From Eubacteriales bacterium (GTDB lineage Bacteria; Bacillota; Clostridia; Oscillospirales; CAG-272), in contig JAZOVZ010000086.1 in the NCBI GenBank assembly GCA_045658965.1, forward strand, positions 43,175 through 107,174: a DNA stretch of 64,000 nt, read 5' to 3'. Position numbers and translations under genes: made by a program. Under the pieces are notes generated by a model. That model saw nothing but the letters and a program-made list of their open reading frames with translations, made no database searches and was not told where the DNA came from. Every line of letters starts with the position of its first letter. Positions within the stretch are counted from its first letter, which is position 1. This document shows, in pieces, positions 44,355 through 53,320 of this stretch.

Positions 44355-44711
44355 TTATTCAACGTAAGAGGTTACGATGATATCTGCGCCCGTACCAAGC
44401 AGGTTAGCAATGACCACGTCACCCTGCTTGACGGTAACGGGGGCTATGCAAGCGTTGATCTCCTTCATGCAATCAAACAGCAGCTCCTTGGGGACTGCCT
44501 TATTGGACTTGACGGCAACCACTTCACCGCTCTCGGTCATAACAGTGGTCGTCAGCGTTCTCGTGGGTGCGGTGCATTCCGCAACGGCATAATCCGTGCC
44601 GCGCTTGCAAGCGTTGCCCTTAACGCTCAGCACCTTTTTGTCCTCCAACTCCACGGTCAGCGTGCAGCCGCGGGGACAAATGATACAAGTCATTTCTCTT
44701 TTATTTTCCAT
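44355..44711 (-). CDS. DUF1667 domain protein (third member of the glpA-like trio)
   Basis: MTCIICPRGCTLTVE...VKGNACKRGTDYAVAE is the CxxCPxGC...C cysteine pattern typical of DUF1667. I chose ATG-44711, which follows GGAGATTATT; the ORF-track ATG-44723 lacks spacing to an SD. Confidence 0.75.
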   Translation of the reverse strand: MENKREMTCIICPRGCTLTVELEDKKVLSVKGNACKRGTDYAVAECTAPTRTLTTTVMTESGEVVAVKSNKAVPKELLFDCMKEINACIAPVTVKQGDVVIANLLGTGADIIVTSYVE

Positions 44712-44843
44712 AATAATCTCCATTCCACAAAGTTTTAAAATTTCACCGTGGAGCTTTGCTCCAAAAATGGGTTGGGTCCCATTTTTAGGTGAGATTTAAG
44801 CGTGAATCGTAAAGTTATCAGATGGGTTGCGTGCGCTTTCACG
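44712..44843 (-). promoter_or_regulatory. Conserved structured intercistronic element, copy 2 of 2
   Basis: This 132-nt spacer runs from the TAG stop (44844-44846) to ATG-44711. It has the same block order as 41262..41392. The invariant stem GCGTGAA:TTCACGC encloses 31 nt here, versus 30 nt in copy 1. Confidence 0.6.
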
Positions 44844-46088
44844 CTATTCCTCCAATCCAATGGTTATAGTGCCCTCTGCCAGCTCGGCAAGCACCTGGGC
44901 GGTCAGCTTGACCGTCTCCATCTCACCGGGGGCGAGCTTGATCTTCTTTTTATTCGAAATGACGCGATCACCGCACTTGACCACGACTCGCTTGTCGCGG
45001 AACACGTCGGCAACGCGGAAATAAACGGTGGTGTCCTGTGCGCTGGTGATCTTCTGCGGTACGGTATAGCGTACGCCGCCTACGGGCTGCAAGGTAATAT
45101 CCACGCGCTCGCTTTGCTTGTTAGCCAGATAATCGGCAGCAGCGCAGCCGGCGATCTCTGCTTCCTCGGATACGTAGTCCACAAGGTCGTGCACGTGCAG
45201 CACGTTACCGCATGCAAACACACCGGGAATAGAGGTCTGTCTGCTCTGGTCGGTCACGGCGCCGCCCGTAATTCTGTCCATGGTAATGCCTGCGCCCTTG
45301 GTCAGCTCGTTTTCGGGCAGCAGACCGCAGGAAAGCAGCAGCGTGTCGCACGCGATATACTGCTCGGTCTCCTTGATGGGATTGCGTCTCTCATCCACCT
45401 TGGCAATGGTCACGCCCGTGACTCTGTCCTTACCGTGGATCTGTACGACGGTGTGCGACAGCATCAGCGGAATGCCGAAATCATTCAGACACTGCTCGAT
45501 GTTACGCGCCAGACCGCCCGAATAAGGCATCAGCTCGCAAACTGCCTTGACCTTTGCACCCTCCAGCGTCATGCGGCGTGCCATGATCAGACCGATATCG
45601 CCCGAGCCGAGGATAACGACCTCTTTACCGGGCATATAGCCCTTGATATTAACGTATTTCTGTGCAGTACCCGCGGTATAGATACCCGAGGGACGTGCAC
45701 CTGCGATATTCAGCGCACCCTTGGGACGCTCGCGGCAACCCATGGCGAGAATGATCGCCTCTGCTTGAATATGCATAATACCGTCGGTGGGATTGACTGC
45801 GGTGATCACCTTATCCTCGGTGATGCCGGTCACCATAGTGCCCACCTTATAAGGAATGCCCAGCTCCTTGACCTGCTCGGCATAGCGAGCGGCATACTCG
45901 GGGCCTGTCAGCTCCTCACCGAATTTGTGAAGACCGAAGCCGTTATGAATGCACTGGCGCAGAATACCGCCCAGGTGCGCTTCACGCTCCAGGATCAGCA
46001 GATCGGTTACGCCTGCCTTATATGCGGCAACTGCCGCGCTCATGCCTGCGGGGCCGCCGCCGACGATTACAAGAGAAACCTTACGCAT
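44844..46088 (-). CDS. FAD/NAD(P)-dependent pyridine nucleotide-disulfide-type oxidoreductase
   Basis: I set the start at ATG-46088 (MRKVSLVIVGGGPAGMSAAVAAYKAG). A second dinucleotide motif is VVILGSGDIGLIMA. It overlaps the upstream stop by 8 nt (ATGCGTAA). Confidence 0.8.
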   Translation of the reverse strand: MRKVSLVIVGGGPAGMSAAVAAYKAGVTDLLILEREAHLGGILRQCIHNGFGLHKFGEELTGPEYAARYAEQVKELGIPYKVGTMVTGITEDKVITAVNPTDGIMHIQAEAIILAMGCRERPKGALNIAGARPSGIYTAGTAQKYVNIKGYMPGKEVVILGSGDIGLIMARRMTLEGAKVKAVCELMPYSGGLARNIEQCLNDFGIPLMLSHTVVQIHGKDRVTGVTIAKVDERRNPIKETEQYIACDTLLLSCGLLPENELTKGAGITMDRITGGAVTDQSRQTSIPGVFACGNVLHVHDLVDYVSEEAEIAGCAAADYLANKQSERVDITLQPVGGVRYTVPQKITSAQDTTVYFRVADVFRDKRVVVKCGDRVISNKKKIKLAPGEMETVKLTAQVLAELAEGTITIGLEE

Positions 46089-47529
46089 CGTTCTTATCCC
46101 CCTTGGTTCTTCCGTAGTTAATAATAGATGCACCGCCCGACTTGGTGACCTGCTCGTAAGGAATGCCCATCTCTCTGGACAGAATCTCTACGATGATAGA
46201 GGAGCAGAAGCCTCCCTGGCATCTGCCCATGCCGCTTCTCGTGCGGCGCTTGACACCGTCCACGTCGCGTGCACCGGGATTGGTACGGATGGCTGCCACG
46301 ATCTCGCCCTCGCTGACGCCCTCGCAACGGCAGACCATATTGCCGTAGGCAGGGTTTTCTTTGATGATCTCGTTCTTTTGCTCGTCGGTCATCTTACTGA
46401 ATTTGATCGCGCCCTTGGTGCGTACGGGCGACCAATCTGCCTTTTTCTCAAGAGCCAAGCCCTCGAGAGCAAGCAGCTCTGCGCAATACTCTGCAAGTGC
46501 GGGTGCGCTGGTCAGACCGGGGCTTTCAATGCCGCCGAAGGTGATAAAGCCGGGAGCGGATGCATGGATGATAAAGTCACCCGTGCTGCCAACGGCACGC
46601 AAGCCGGTAAAGCTTGTAATGACAGCGTTAAAAGGAATGTTCTGCACGTATCTTGCACTCTGTGCGCGGATAGATGCAGTACCTGCTGCCGTGGTATCAA
46701 GGTCTTCCTTATCGGTCAGTTCCTCTGCGGTAGGACCGAGCATAACGTTGCCGCCCGTGGTGGCGGTCACAAGGATGCCCTTACCCTTGGGGGTGGGGGT
46801 GGAAAACAGAGTAAAGTTGGTCAAGGAAGGCGTGAACGCCTTGTCCAGCACCATATATTCACCGCGTCTGGGGTGAACGGTAAAGGAATCGTCACCGACC
46901 ATAGCGGCGATCTTATCGGAATACAGACCTGCGCAGTTGACAACGTACTTGGCACGTACGGTCTGCTCTCCTGCATACAGCACGTAAGCGTCGTCCTCAC
47001 GCTCGATTCTGTCAACCTCAAAATTGCGGATAAACTCGGCACCGTTGTCCATTGCATGTCCAAGACCTGCATCGCAAAGCCCGAAGGGGCTGACGATGGC
47101 ACCCGTGGGTGCGTAGAGTGCGCAGGTGACCTCCTCGGTCACGTGGGGCTCGAGTGCTACCACGCCCTCGCGGTCAAGCAGCTGCAGATCCTTCACGCCG
47201 TTTTTAACACCGCGCTCGTAAAGGTCGCCGAGGGTTGCCTTGTCCTCATCGGAATATCCAAGCACCAGCGAGCCGTTACGCACGTATTTGACACCGAGGT
47301 CGCGGCAAACCTGCTCCATCATTTCAGAGCCGCGCACGTTAAATCTTGCCTTTAAGGTGCCGGGCTTTGCATCAAAGCCTGCGTGCACAATGGCACTGTT
47401 GGCACGGGATGCGCCCGTGCAGACGTCGTTTGCGCGATCAACAACGCAAACGTTCAGCTTATAAGCGGACAGCTCGCGCGCACAAAGTGCACCGACCACA
47501 CCCGCTCCGACGATACATACGTCAAACAT
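46081..47529 (-). CDS. FAD-dependent glycerol-3-phosphate-dehydrogenase-like oxidoreductase with BFD-like [2Fe-2S] domain
   Basis: I set the start at ATG-47529 (MFDVCIVGAGVVGALCARELS), preceded by GGAGG. It has a DAO-type fold and a C-terminal VCRCEGVSEGEIV...MGRCQGGFC, which is the BFD-like Cys pattern. This is the GlpA/GlpD-like class. Confidence 0.75.
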   Translation of the reverse strand: MFDVCIVGAGVVGALCARELSAYKLNVCVVDRANDVCTGASRANSAIVHAGFDAKPGTLKARFNVRGSEMMEQVCRDLGVKYVRNGSLVLGYSDEDKATLGDLYERGVKNGVKDLQLLDREGVVALEPHVTEEVTCALYAPTGAIVSPFGLCDAGLGHAMDNGAEFIRNFEVDRIEREDDAYVLYAGEQTVRAKYVVNCAGLYSDKIAAMVGDDSFTVHPRRGEYMVLDKAFTPSLTNFTLFSTPTPKGKGILVTATTGGNVMLGPTAEELTDKEDLDTTAAGTASIRAQSARYVQNIPFNAVITSFTGLRAVGSTGDFIIHASAPGFITFGGIESPGLTSAPALAEYCAELLALEGLALEKKADWSPVRTKGAIKFSKMTDEQKNEIIKENPAYGNMVCRCEGVSEGEIVAAIRTNPGARDVDGVKRRTRSGMGRCQGGFCSSIIVEILSREMGIPYEQVTKSGGASIINYGRTKGDKNDA

Positions 47530-47637
47530 AAAAATCCTCCGTTTTCCCATAGTATGGCATTATATTATTATTCAAAATATATTATATCACCGATCCCCTT
47601 TCCCGTCAAGAAAATTCCGCGTTTTTATTGACAAAAT

Positions 47638-47666
47638 TTCATGCGTATGATACACTAAAATCAAAC
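47638..47666 (+). promoter_or_regulatory. SigA-type promoter (extended -10) of the beta-propeller GH gene
   Basis: TTGACA (47638-47643), a 17-nt spacer, then TGA-TACACT (47658-47666). Confidence 0.65.
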
Positions 47667-47690
47667 AGTTCATACAAACAGGAGGTAGTT

Positions 47691-49307
47691 ATGTCAAAGC
47701 ATTTCAAATTGAGATTGCCCGATGCGGGCAAGGACGTTTACATGCCCCGCGAAGGACAGACCTGGGGGTATCGCTACGGCCCCTCGATCATGGTCGAGGG
47801 CGACGTTTGCCGTGCATGGTTTGCCTCACCCGGAGATTGCTTTGAGGCAGACTGGTTTACTTACCGCGAATCGCGTGACAAGGGCGAAACTTGGACGACC
47901 GAGCGCGTGGTGCTTGTTCCTACGCCCGACTCTATGGACTGGTTCTCGGTTTGCGACCCTGCCGTATTCAAGTACGGTAAGTATTATTATATCGGCTACA
48001 CCTCCACCATTTTTGCCGACGGTGGCGGCGTTTGCAACAACGGCTTTGTGGCAAGAAGCGAGCATCCCGACGGCCCCTTCTTCAAATGGACGGGTGACGG
48101 CTGGGGTGAATACCGCGACGGCTGCGCATGGATGGGCAAGCCTGCTCCCATTATCTACTACGACGAGGATTGGCGCAACTGGGGCGCGGGTGAATTTTCA
48201 TTCGTTGTCAAGGATGACGTACTGTACATCTACTACACCTGGACCTCCAAAAAGATCGACGGCAAAACCTATTCACAGACCCGCGTAGCAACTGCGGATA
48301 TCACGCGCGAGGATTGGCCCGCAACCATCGTGCAGCACGGTGTTGCAGCGGTGCGCAATTCCACAAGCAACGACTCCTATGACGTGGTGTACTGCGAGGA
48401 GCTTGACAAGTTCATTTCCCTTTCCACCGACAAGCGGTTTTCGAGGGAAAGCTTTTTGTCGGTTTCCGAGTCGGATGACGGCTTGCGCTTTACGCGCGTC
48501 AACGACATTCGCACAAACACCTGCTTCATGCTGCACAACTGCGGCATTTCGGGTGACGCGCAGCACCATATCAAGCAGAGCGATACCCTGCTGCTGGGCT
48601 ACGCCTATGGCAACCAATGGGGCAAGTGGGGCACGCGCATGCACAGATACGAATACGGGATGATGGACGAGGACTACTGCTCCGAGCTGGAGCTGCCCAA
48701 CCTCGAAATGCCCACCGAGCTTTGGAAGCGCGAGGCAGAGCTGCCGCCCATCATTCTGACTGCCGAGAAGCCGCACTATTTGCGCGTCAAGCCCGGCATG
48801 AGCGCGCCTCTTGTATTTGTCACATATAACTCTTGCTACGAGCCAGAGATCATTGACGCGTCGCAGTTGACATTTGACAACTATGACAAGTCCACCGTGG
48901 AAATCAAGGACGGCACGGTGGTCGGCAAAAACGTGGGATATACGTATGTCGACGCGCACCTTGGCAATCTTTGCGGTACGGTGCTTGTGTACGTGGATAC
49001 GCCCGATACCTGTTACGATATCGAAACGCGCACGGTTGTTTCGTTTGAGCCGATGCTTGAGACCTACGTCATTTCCCTTTCCGATGGCGTCGCCAAGCAG
49101 CTGCGCGGTCTGGCTACATGGTCGGACGGCAAATGGTATGAAGTAAACCAACCCGAGCAGGGTGTGCGCTACCAAAACCACAATCCCGAGCTGATTTCGG
49201 TCAACGAGCGCGGTGTGGTCACCCCCGTGGGCGGTATTGGCACAGGCAAGGTCACAGTACGCTGCGGGGATCAGGCGTTTGACGTAAACGTGATTGTCAC
49301 CGAATAA
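47691..49307 (+). CDS. Putative beta-propeller glycoside hydrolase (GH43/GH32-like fold) with C-terminal Ig-like (Big_2-type) domains
   Basis: I set the start at ATG-47691, which follows GGAGG. Repeated blade-like motifs are present (WGYRYGPSIM, FSVCDPAVFKYGKYYYIGYTS, GEFSFVVKDDVLYIYYT). The C-terminal VVTPVGGIGTGKVTVRCGDQAFDVNVIV is typical of Big_2. There is no signal peptide. The family assignment is tentative. Confidence 0.45.
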   Translation: MSKHFKLRLPDAGKDVYMPREGQTWGYRYGPSIMVEGDVCRAWFASPGDCFEADWFTYRESRDKGETWTTERVVLVPTPDSMDWFSVCDPAVFKYGKYYYIGYTSTIFADGGGVCNNGFVARSEHPDGPFFKWTGDGWGEYRDGCAWMGKPAPIIYYDEDWRNWGAGEFSFVVKDDVLYIYYTWTSKKIDGKTYSQTRVATADITREDWPATIVQHGVAAVRNSTSNDSYDVVYCEELDKFISLSTDKRFSRESFLSVSESDDGLRFTRVNDIRTNTCFMLHNCGISGDAQHHIKQSDTLLLGYAYGNQWGKWGTRMHRYEYGMMDEDYCSELELPNLEMPTELWKREAELPPIILTAEKPHYLRVKPGMSAPLVFVTYNSCYEPEIIDASQLTFDNYDKSTVEIKDGTVVGKNVGYTYVDAHLGNLCGTVLVYVDTPDTCYDIETRTVVSFEPMLETYVISLSDGVAKQLRGLATWSDGKWYEVNQPEQGVRYQNHNPELISVNERGVVTPVGGIGTGKVTVRCGDQAFDVNVIVTE

Positions 49308-49323
49308 ACCCACATATAAAAAA

Positions 49324-49352
49324 CCTTCGCACAGTACGTGCGAAGGTTTTTT
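49324..49352. terminator. Bidirectional terminator
   Basis: CCTTCGCAC (49324-49332) pairs with GTGCGAAGG (49338-49346), followed by TTTTTTG. It has an A-run upstream and lies between convergent genes. Confidence 0.85.
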
Positions 49353-49356
49353 GTAA

Positions 49357-50811
49357 TTATTTCAGCCACTCGGAAAGCAGCAGATTGGCAGTGATATGCA
49401 TGCCGTCTGCTGACAGCGTACATACGGTTACCATTTCTTCGGTTTCGGTGCTTGCTATATAGGTGGTCAGATCCTTTTGCTTGTTATAAATGATGTTTTT
49501 GCCGTCATAGCCGCAGAACGTTTCGTACTTGGAAGTCCCTGCGAAGATCTGCTCCACAAACTTGTCATACGACGCTTGCGCAGTTGAGATGCGATTGGTA
49601 TTTGATTTTTGGGTGTCAATGAGATACGAAGTTTGATAGCCCATGTATCCCCAGGCAACAAGCACCGTGTGCCTGCCGTTACGGCTATCGGTAGGAGAAC
49701 GCGTACCCATAGGCAACAGCACGGTCTTGGCTTGCGTTGCATCGTAAATACTGCGCAAATTTTCCCAATCGTGCGTATCGTTCGCCCCCGTAGTTAAGCC
49801 GTGGTGCGTCATCTGGAATGCGCTTGCTGCAAATGCCGTGCTTTCATAGGTCTTGCACACAACGGCTGCCGCCTTGTCACCTGCATCACCCATATGCAAC
49901 ACGCGTGCGCCGCCGCAATCCGCAATAAAGATCAGGCTGGTATCATTTTCATAATCAATTCCCTTTAGCATATCGGGCGTATATAGCATATCCAACGTCA
50001 GGTTACCGATATAATAGCGCAGCCCCGCGTGTGGCGTGACGTGAATCGCATCGGGATATCTCCCACTCAGATAGTTGACAAAATACGGCACGTCAAGAGA
50101 TGCAAGCACGCTTGGATCCATCGGCAAGGAGTACATCAAATATTCCACGGTTGTACTATCCTTGTATGCTTCGGCAAAGCTATACAAAGCACCGAAATGA
50201 TCTCCATGACCGTGCGAGAGAATCCAGGCGGCAATTTGGTAGCGTCCGCGCGAATCCTTGACAATTCCCAAGGTTTCCAGCGTCTTGTATATCACGCTTT
50301 CGTTGCCGAAAATACCGCCGTCCAGAATGACCGCTCTGCCGTCCGAGAGCCGATACACGTAGCACATACCAATAGCAGGATTGTCGGTAGTGGCATTTCG
50401 CATTACTCCCACCTGTACCATGGTGACCTCGCCTATTCCCGTTTGCGCATTGGGCGTCAGCAATGCGTGTGCTGCAGAATCGTAGGTATCCCACATCACG
50501 CGCACACCGTCGTCCGTCTTGTACAGAGTAACAAGGTTGTTCCCTGCTGCAAGCACGTCGGGCGCGTTGTGCACACCCTCAACCGCGGTGGCTTGCACAG
50601 GCTTGTAGCCTGCATCGACAAATGACTTGCGTACCTCTTGTACGCTATCTGCGTGCAGCTCGGTCTGCCAGGTACTGTAGCCAAACTGCGACACAGTTGC
50701 GTTCGGGTCAACGTCGCCGACTACCCGGTCGGGCGACTCGGCGCGACCGCACGAAACCATCATACCCGCCATCAAGGCCACGCATAAGATCAACAATAAT
50801 CCCTTGTTCAT
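49357..50811 (-). CDS. Metallo-beta-lactamase-fold lipoprotein
   Basis: Lipobox signal peptide LLILCVALMAGMMVSC. The HxHxDH motif is in WILSHGHGDHFGAL. It is ATGA-coupled to the GH35 gene (50808-50811). Confidence 0.7.
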   Translation of the reverse strand: MNKGLLLILCVALMAGMMVSCGRAESPDRVVGDVDPNATVSQFGYSTWQTELHADSVQEVRKSFVDAGYKPVQATAVEGVHNAPDVLAAGNNLVTLYKTDDGVRVMWDTYDSAAHALLTPNAQTGIGEVTMVQVGVMRNATTDNPAIGMCYVYRLSDGRAVILDGGIFGNESVIYKTLETLGIVKDSRGRYQIAAWILSHGHGDHFGALYSFAEAYKDSTTVEYLMYSLPMDPSVLASLDVPYFVNYLSGRYPDAIHVTPHAGLRYYIGNLTLDMLYTPDMLKGIDYENDTSLIFIADCGGARVLHMGDAGDKAAAVVCKTYESTAFAASAFQMTHHGLTTGANDTHDWENLRSIYDATQAKTVLLPMGTRSPTDSRNGRHTVLVAWGYMGYQTSYLIDTQKSNTNRISTAQASYDKFVEQIFAGTSKYETFCGYDGKNIIYNKQKDLTTYIASTETEEMVTVCTLSADGMHITANLLLSEWLK

Positions 50812-52568
50812 GCGGTTAACTCCGGCGTGTCAACAAATTTGATCACCGGCTCAGCATACCCGTCCGACTCAAACACCACGATCTCGTTGTCGCCCTGCTT
50901 GAGCAGAGGCGCGGGAACGTACAGCGTTTTTTGCGGTCCTGCGGGGTTGAAATATCTGCCGATATTGAAGCCGTTGACCGTGACAAAGCCCTTGGTAAAG
51001 CCGTCAAGGCGGATAAACGTATCCTTGGGCTGCTCGTCAAGGTGCAGATTGCCGCGCAGGAAGGCAGGCTTACAGAAGCCGCTTTCGGGGGCAAAGGACA
51101 ACTTTGACAGATCATCCATAGTCAAGGGATACATCTCCCAGCCGTAGTGGTATCTCTGCCCCAGACGCACGCCGCCCAGTATGCCCTTTTTGTCAAGCAG
51201 ATTGATGCCGTAATTGACTCTGCCCATGTTCTCAACCAGTATTTCTACCACGGCACTCTCACCAAAATCAAGCGAGATCGTGACCTCATCGTCACGGCGG
51301 TCGCGTTCCTTAATGCCGACAAACTTGCCGTTGACAAAGATGATCGCGCGGTCATGCAGCTCACCAAAGCAAAGCGGCAGCGGCTCGATCGGTCCTTGAA
51401 TGGTAGTGCGGTACAGAATATAGCCAAAGTCCTGACCGATCTGCTCCATGGTCTTGGGGAACGCGGCTTTTACGGGTGTAGAAAGCGCGTCAAGGTTTGC
51501 AAACAAGTCCGCCTGTTCGGTCAGAGTCAGCGTGCCGTAGGCGGCTTTTTCGCTGTTTTTGACCGCGATATCGGGTGCGGGCTTACCTGTTCTGCGCGTG
51601 ATAAGCTCCTTGACCGCCTCATAAAGCGGCGTGATATCACCCGCCTCGCTGAGCAGGGCGCGATAATCATAGCTGGTAATGGTAGGCTGATACTGCCCCG
51701 GGTGATTAGCCCCGTTCCAGAATCCGAAGTTGGTGCCACCGTGGAACATATAGAGATTGAAGGACGCGCCGAGATCAAAGAATTGTTCGATCTCCTTGAC
51801 AAGGTCATCAATCGGGCGCAGCTGCGTGCCCGACTCGTACCAATGGTCAAACCAGCCGTCCCAGAACTCGCCGCACATCAAGGGGCGATCCTTTTGGAAC
51901 TCCTTGAGCGTAAGGATCTGCGGCACGTAGCTACCGAAATTGGCTACCGCCAGCACGTCGGGAAGCGTACCACCGCTCAGCATCCATTTTGCCGTGCCGT
52001 CCGAGGTGAACAGCAGGCAATCGATCCCGTTTTCGCGGTAGATATCCACGATCTTTTGCAAATAGACCTTATCGTCACCGTAGCTGCCGTATTCATTCTC
52101 GACCTGCACCATGATGACGTTGCCGCCGTTGGTGCACAGATGCGGACGGATGCGCGAGAGCAGCTCGCGGTAGTAGGGCTTGACCTTTTCCAAGTACAAG
52201 GGATCGTCACAGCGCAACGCGATATCGGGATAGGAAAGCAGCCACGAAGGCAGTCCTCCGAAATCCCATTCTGCGCAGATATAAGGACCGGGACGCAATA
52301 TCACGTACAGACCCAGCTTTTCTGCGGTTTCAATGAACCTTTCAATGTCAAGCAGCCCCGAGAAGTCAAACTCCCCTTCTCTGCGCTCATGCAGATTCCA
52401 GCAGGTATAGGTCTCAACGGTATTCAGACCGCACGCCTTAAGCTTTGCAAGTCTGTCCTCCCAGCATGCGGGCAGGGTGCGGAAGTAATGCACCGCTCCC
52501 GACATAAGCGTGATCGGCTGACCGTCCAGCATAAAGCGGTCGCCCTGATAAGTAAATGAATGCTTCAT
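50808..52568 (-). CDS. Beta-galactosidase, GH35
   Basis: I set the start at ATG-52568 (MKHSFTYQGDRFMLDGQPITLMSGAVHYFR). Hallmark GH35 blocks are GLNTVETYTCWNLHE...GEFDFSG, LYVILRPGPYICAEWDFGGLPSWL and MVQVENEYGSY. Confidence 0.88.
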   Translation of the reverse strand: MKHSFTYQGDRFMLDGQPITLMSGAVHYFRTLPACWEDRLAKLKACGLNTVETYTCWNLHERREGEFDFSGLLDIERFIETAEKLGLYVILRPGPYICAEWDFGGLPSWLLSYPDIALRCDDPLYLEKVKPYYRELLSRIRPHLCTNGGNVIMVQVENEYGSYGDDKVYLQKIVDIYRENGIDCLLFTSDGTAKWMLSGGTLPDVLAVANFGSYVPQILTLKEFQKDRPLMCGEFWDGWFDHWYESGTQLRPIDDLVKEIEQFFDLGASFNLYMFHGGTNFGFWNGANHPGQYQPTITSYDYRALLSEAGDITPLYEAVKELITRRTGKPAPDIAVKNSEKAAYGTLTLTEQADLFANLDALSTPVKAAFPKTMEQIGQDFGYILYRTTIQGPIEPLPLCFGELHDRAIIFVNGKFVGIKERDRRDDEVTISLDFGESAVVEILVENMGRVNYGINLLDKKGILGGVRLGQRYHYGWEMYPLTMDDLSKLSFAPESGFCKPAFLRGNLHLDEQPKDTFIRLDGFTKGFVTVNGFNIGRYFNPAGPQKTLYVPAPLLKQGDNEIVVFESDGYAEPVIKFVDTPELTA

Positions 52569-52569
52569 A

Positions 52570-53253
52570 TCAATCCTTTCCCGATGCAATATAAGGCGCA
52601 ATGGCAGCCGCGGTTGCCACGATGGGCATGGACTGAATCCAAACCTTACCGGGGCCGGTCACGCGGGTGTTAAACAGCCCTTCACCGCCAAACAGCACGT
52701 TCTTAAAGCCCTTGACGCTTTCTACGTCCATGGTGCAGGTCTCGCTCATAGCGGCAAGATAGCCCGTGCCGAGCACCAAGCTCTGCCCTGCCTCAAGGTC
52801 GTACTCAACGCAATGACCGTCGATCTCGATGAAGACAATACCGTCACCGGTGATCTTTTGCATGATAAAGCCTTCGCCGCCAACCAAGCCCGCGCCAAGC
52901 TTTTTGCGGAAATGGATGGACAGATCCAGTCCCTTTTCCATGGCAAGAAAGCCCTTTTTCTGCACGATGATGCCATTGCCGGGAGTGACGCGGTGTGCAA
53001 TGATAGAACCCGGGAAGGACGATGCGAACGCGATCATGCCCTGACCGCCCTGCGCAGTGTATTCGTTTAAGAAGATGGACTCACCCGAGAACATGCGTCC
53101 CATGGCTTTGCCAAAGCCGCCTGCGTTGGTCTCCATTTTCATATTGGGGCTCATCCAGCTCATGGCACCTCTTTCGGTGCACAGCGTTTCTCCCGCCTCG
53201 GGATAGCAGATGACTACGGGCAGATTGTCGCCCTTGATTTCATACTTGATCAT
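52570..53253 (-). CDS. TIGR00266/AIM24 (DUF124) family protein
   Basis: I set the start at ATG-53253 (MIKYEIKGDNLPVV), preceded by AAAGGAGA. GESIFLNEY...GEGFIMQKITGDG...GEGLFNTRVTGPGKVWIQSMP is the typical AIM24-family pattern. Its stop is 1 nt before the GH35 ATG. Confidence 0.7.
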   Translation of the reverse strand: MIKYEIKGDNLPVVICYPEAGETLCTERGAMSWMSPNMKMETNAGGFGKAMGRMFSGESIFLNEYTAQGGQGMIAFASSFPGSIIAHRVTPGNGIIVQKKGFLAMEKGLDLSIHFRKKLGAGLVGGEGFIMQKITGDGIVFIEIDGHCVEYDLEAGQSLVLGTGYLAAMSETCTMDVESVKGFKNVLFGGEGLFNTRVTGPGKVWIQSMPIVATAAAIAPYIASGKD

Positions 53254-53280
53254 AAGAGTTCTCCTTTCCCTTATAAGACA

Positions 53281-53309
53281 AAGCCTTGCACGGATTCCGT
53301 GCAAGGCTT
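53281..53309 (-). terminator. Strong hairpin between the SGNH gene and the AIM24-family gene (possible attenuator/terminator)
   Basis: AAGCCTTGCACGG (53281-53293) pairs with CCGTGCAAGGCTT (53297-53309). On the minus strand it is followed only by a weak T-rich tract (TGTCTTAT). Confidence 0.5.
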
Positions 53310-53320
53310 TTGATGATTTA

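Noticed and set aside
42116-44380. 754-aa ORF antisense to the COG0523 and 562-aa genes
   Set aside because: It crosses a gene boundary on the other strand and has no RBS or motifs. The opposite-strand genes have clear domains and tight coupling.
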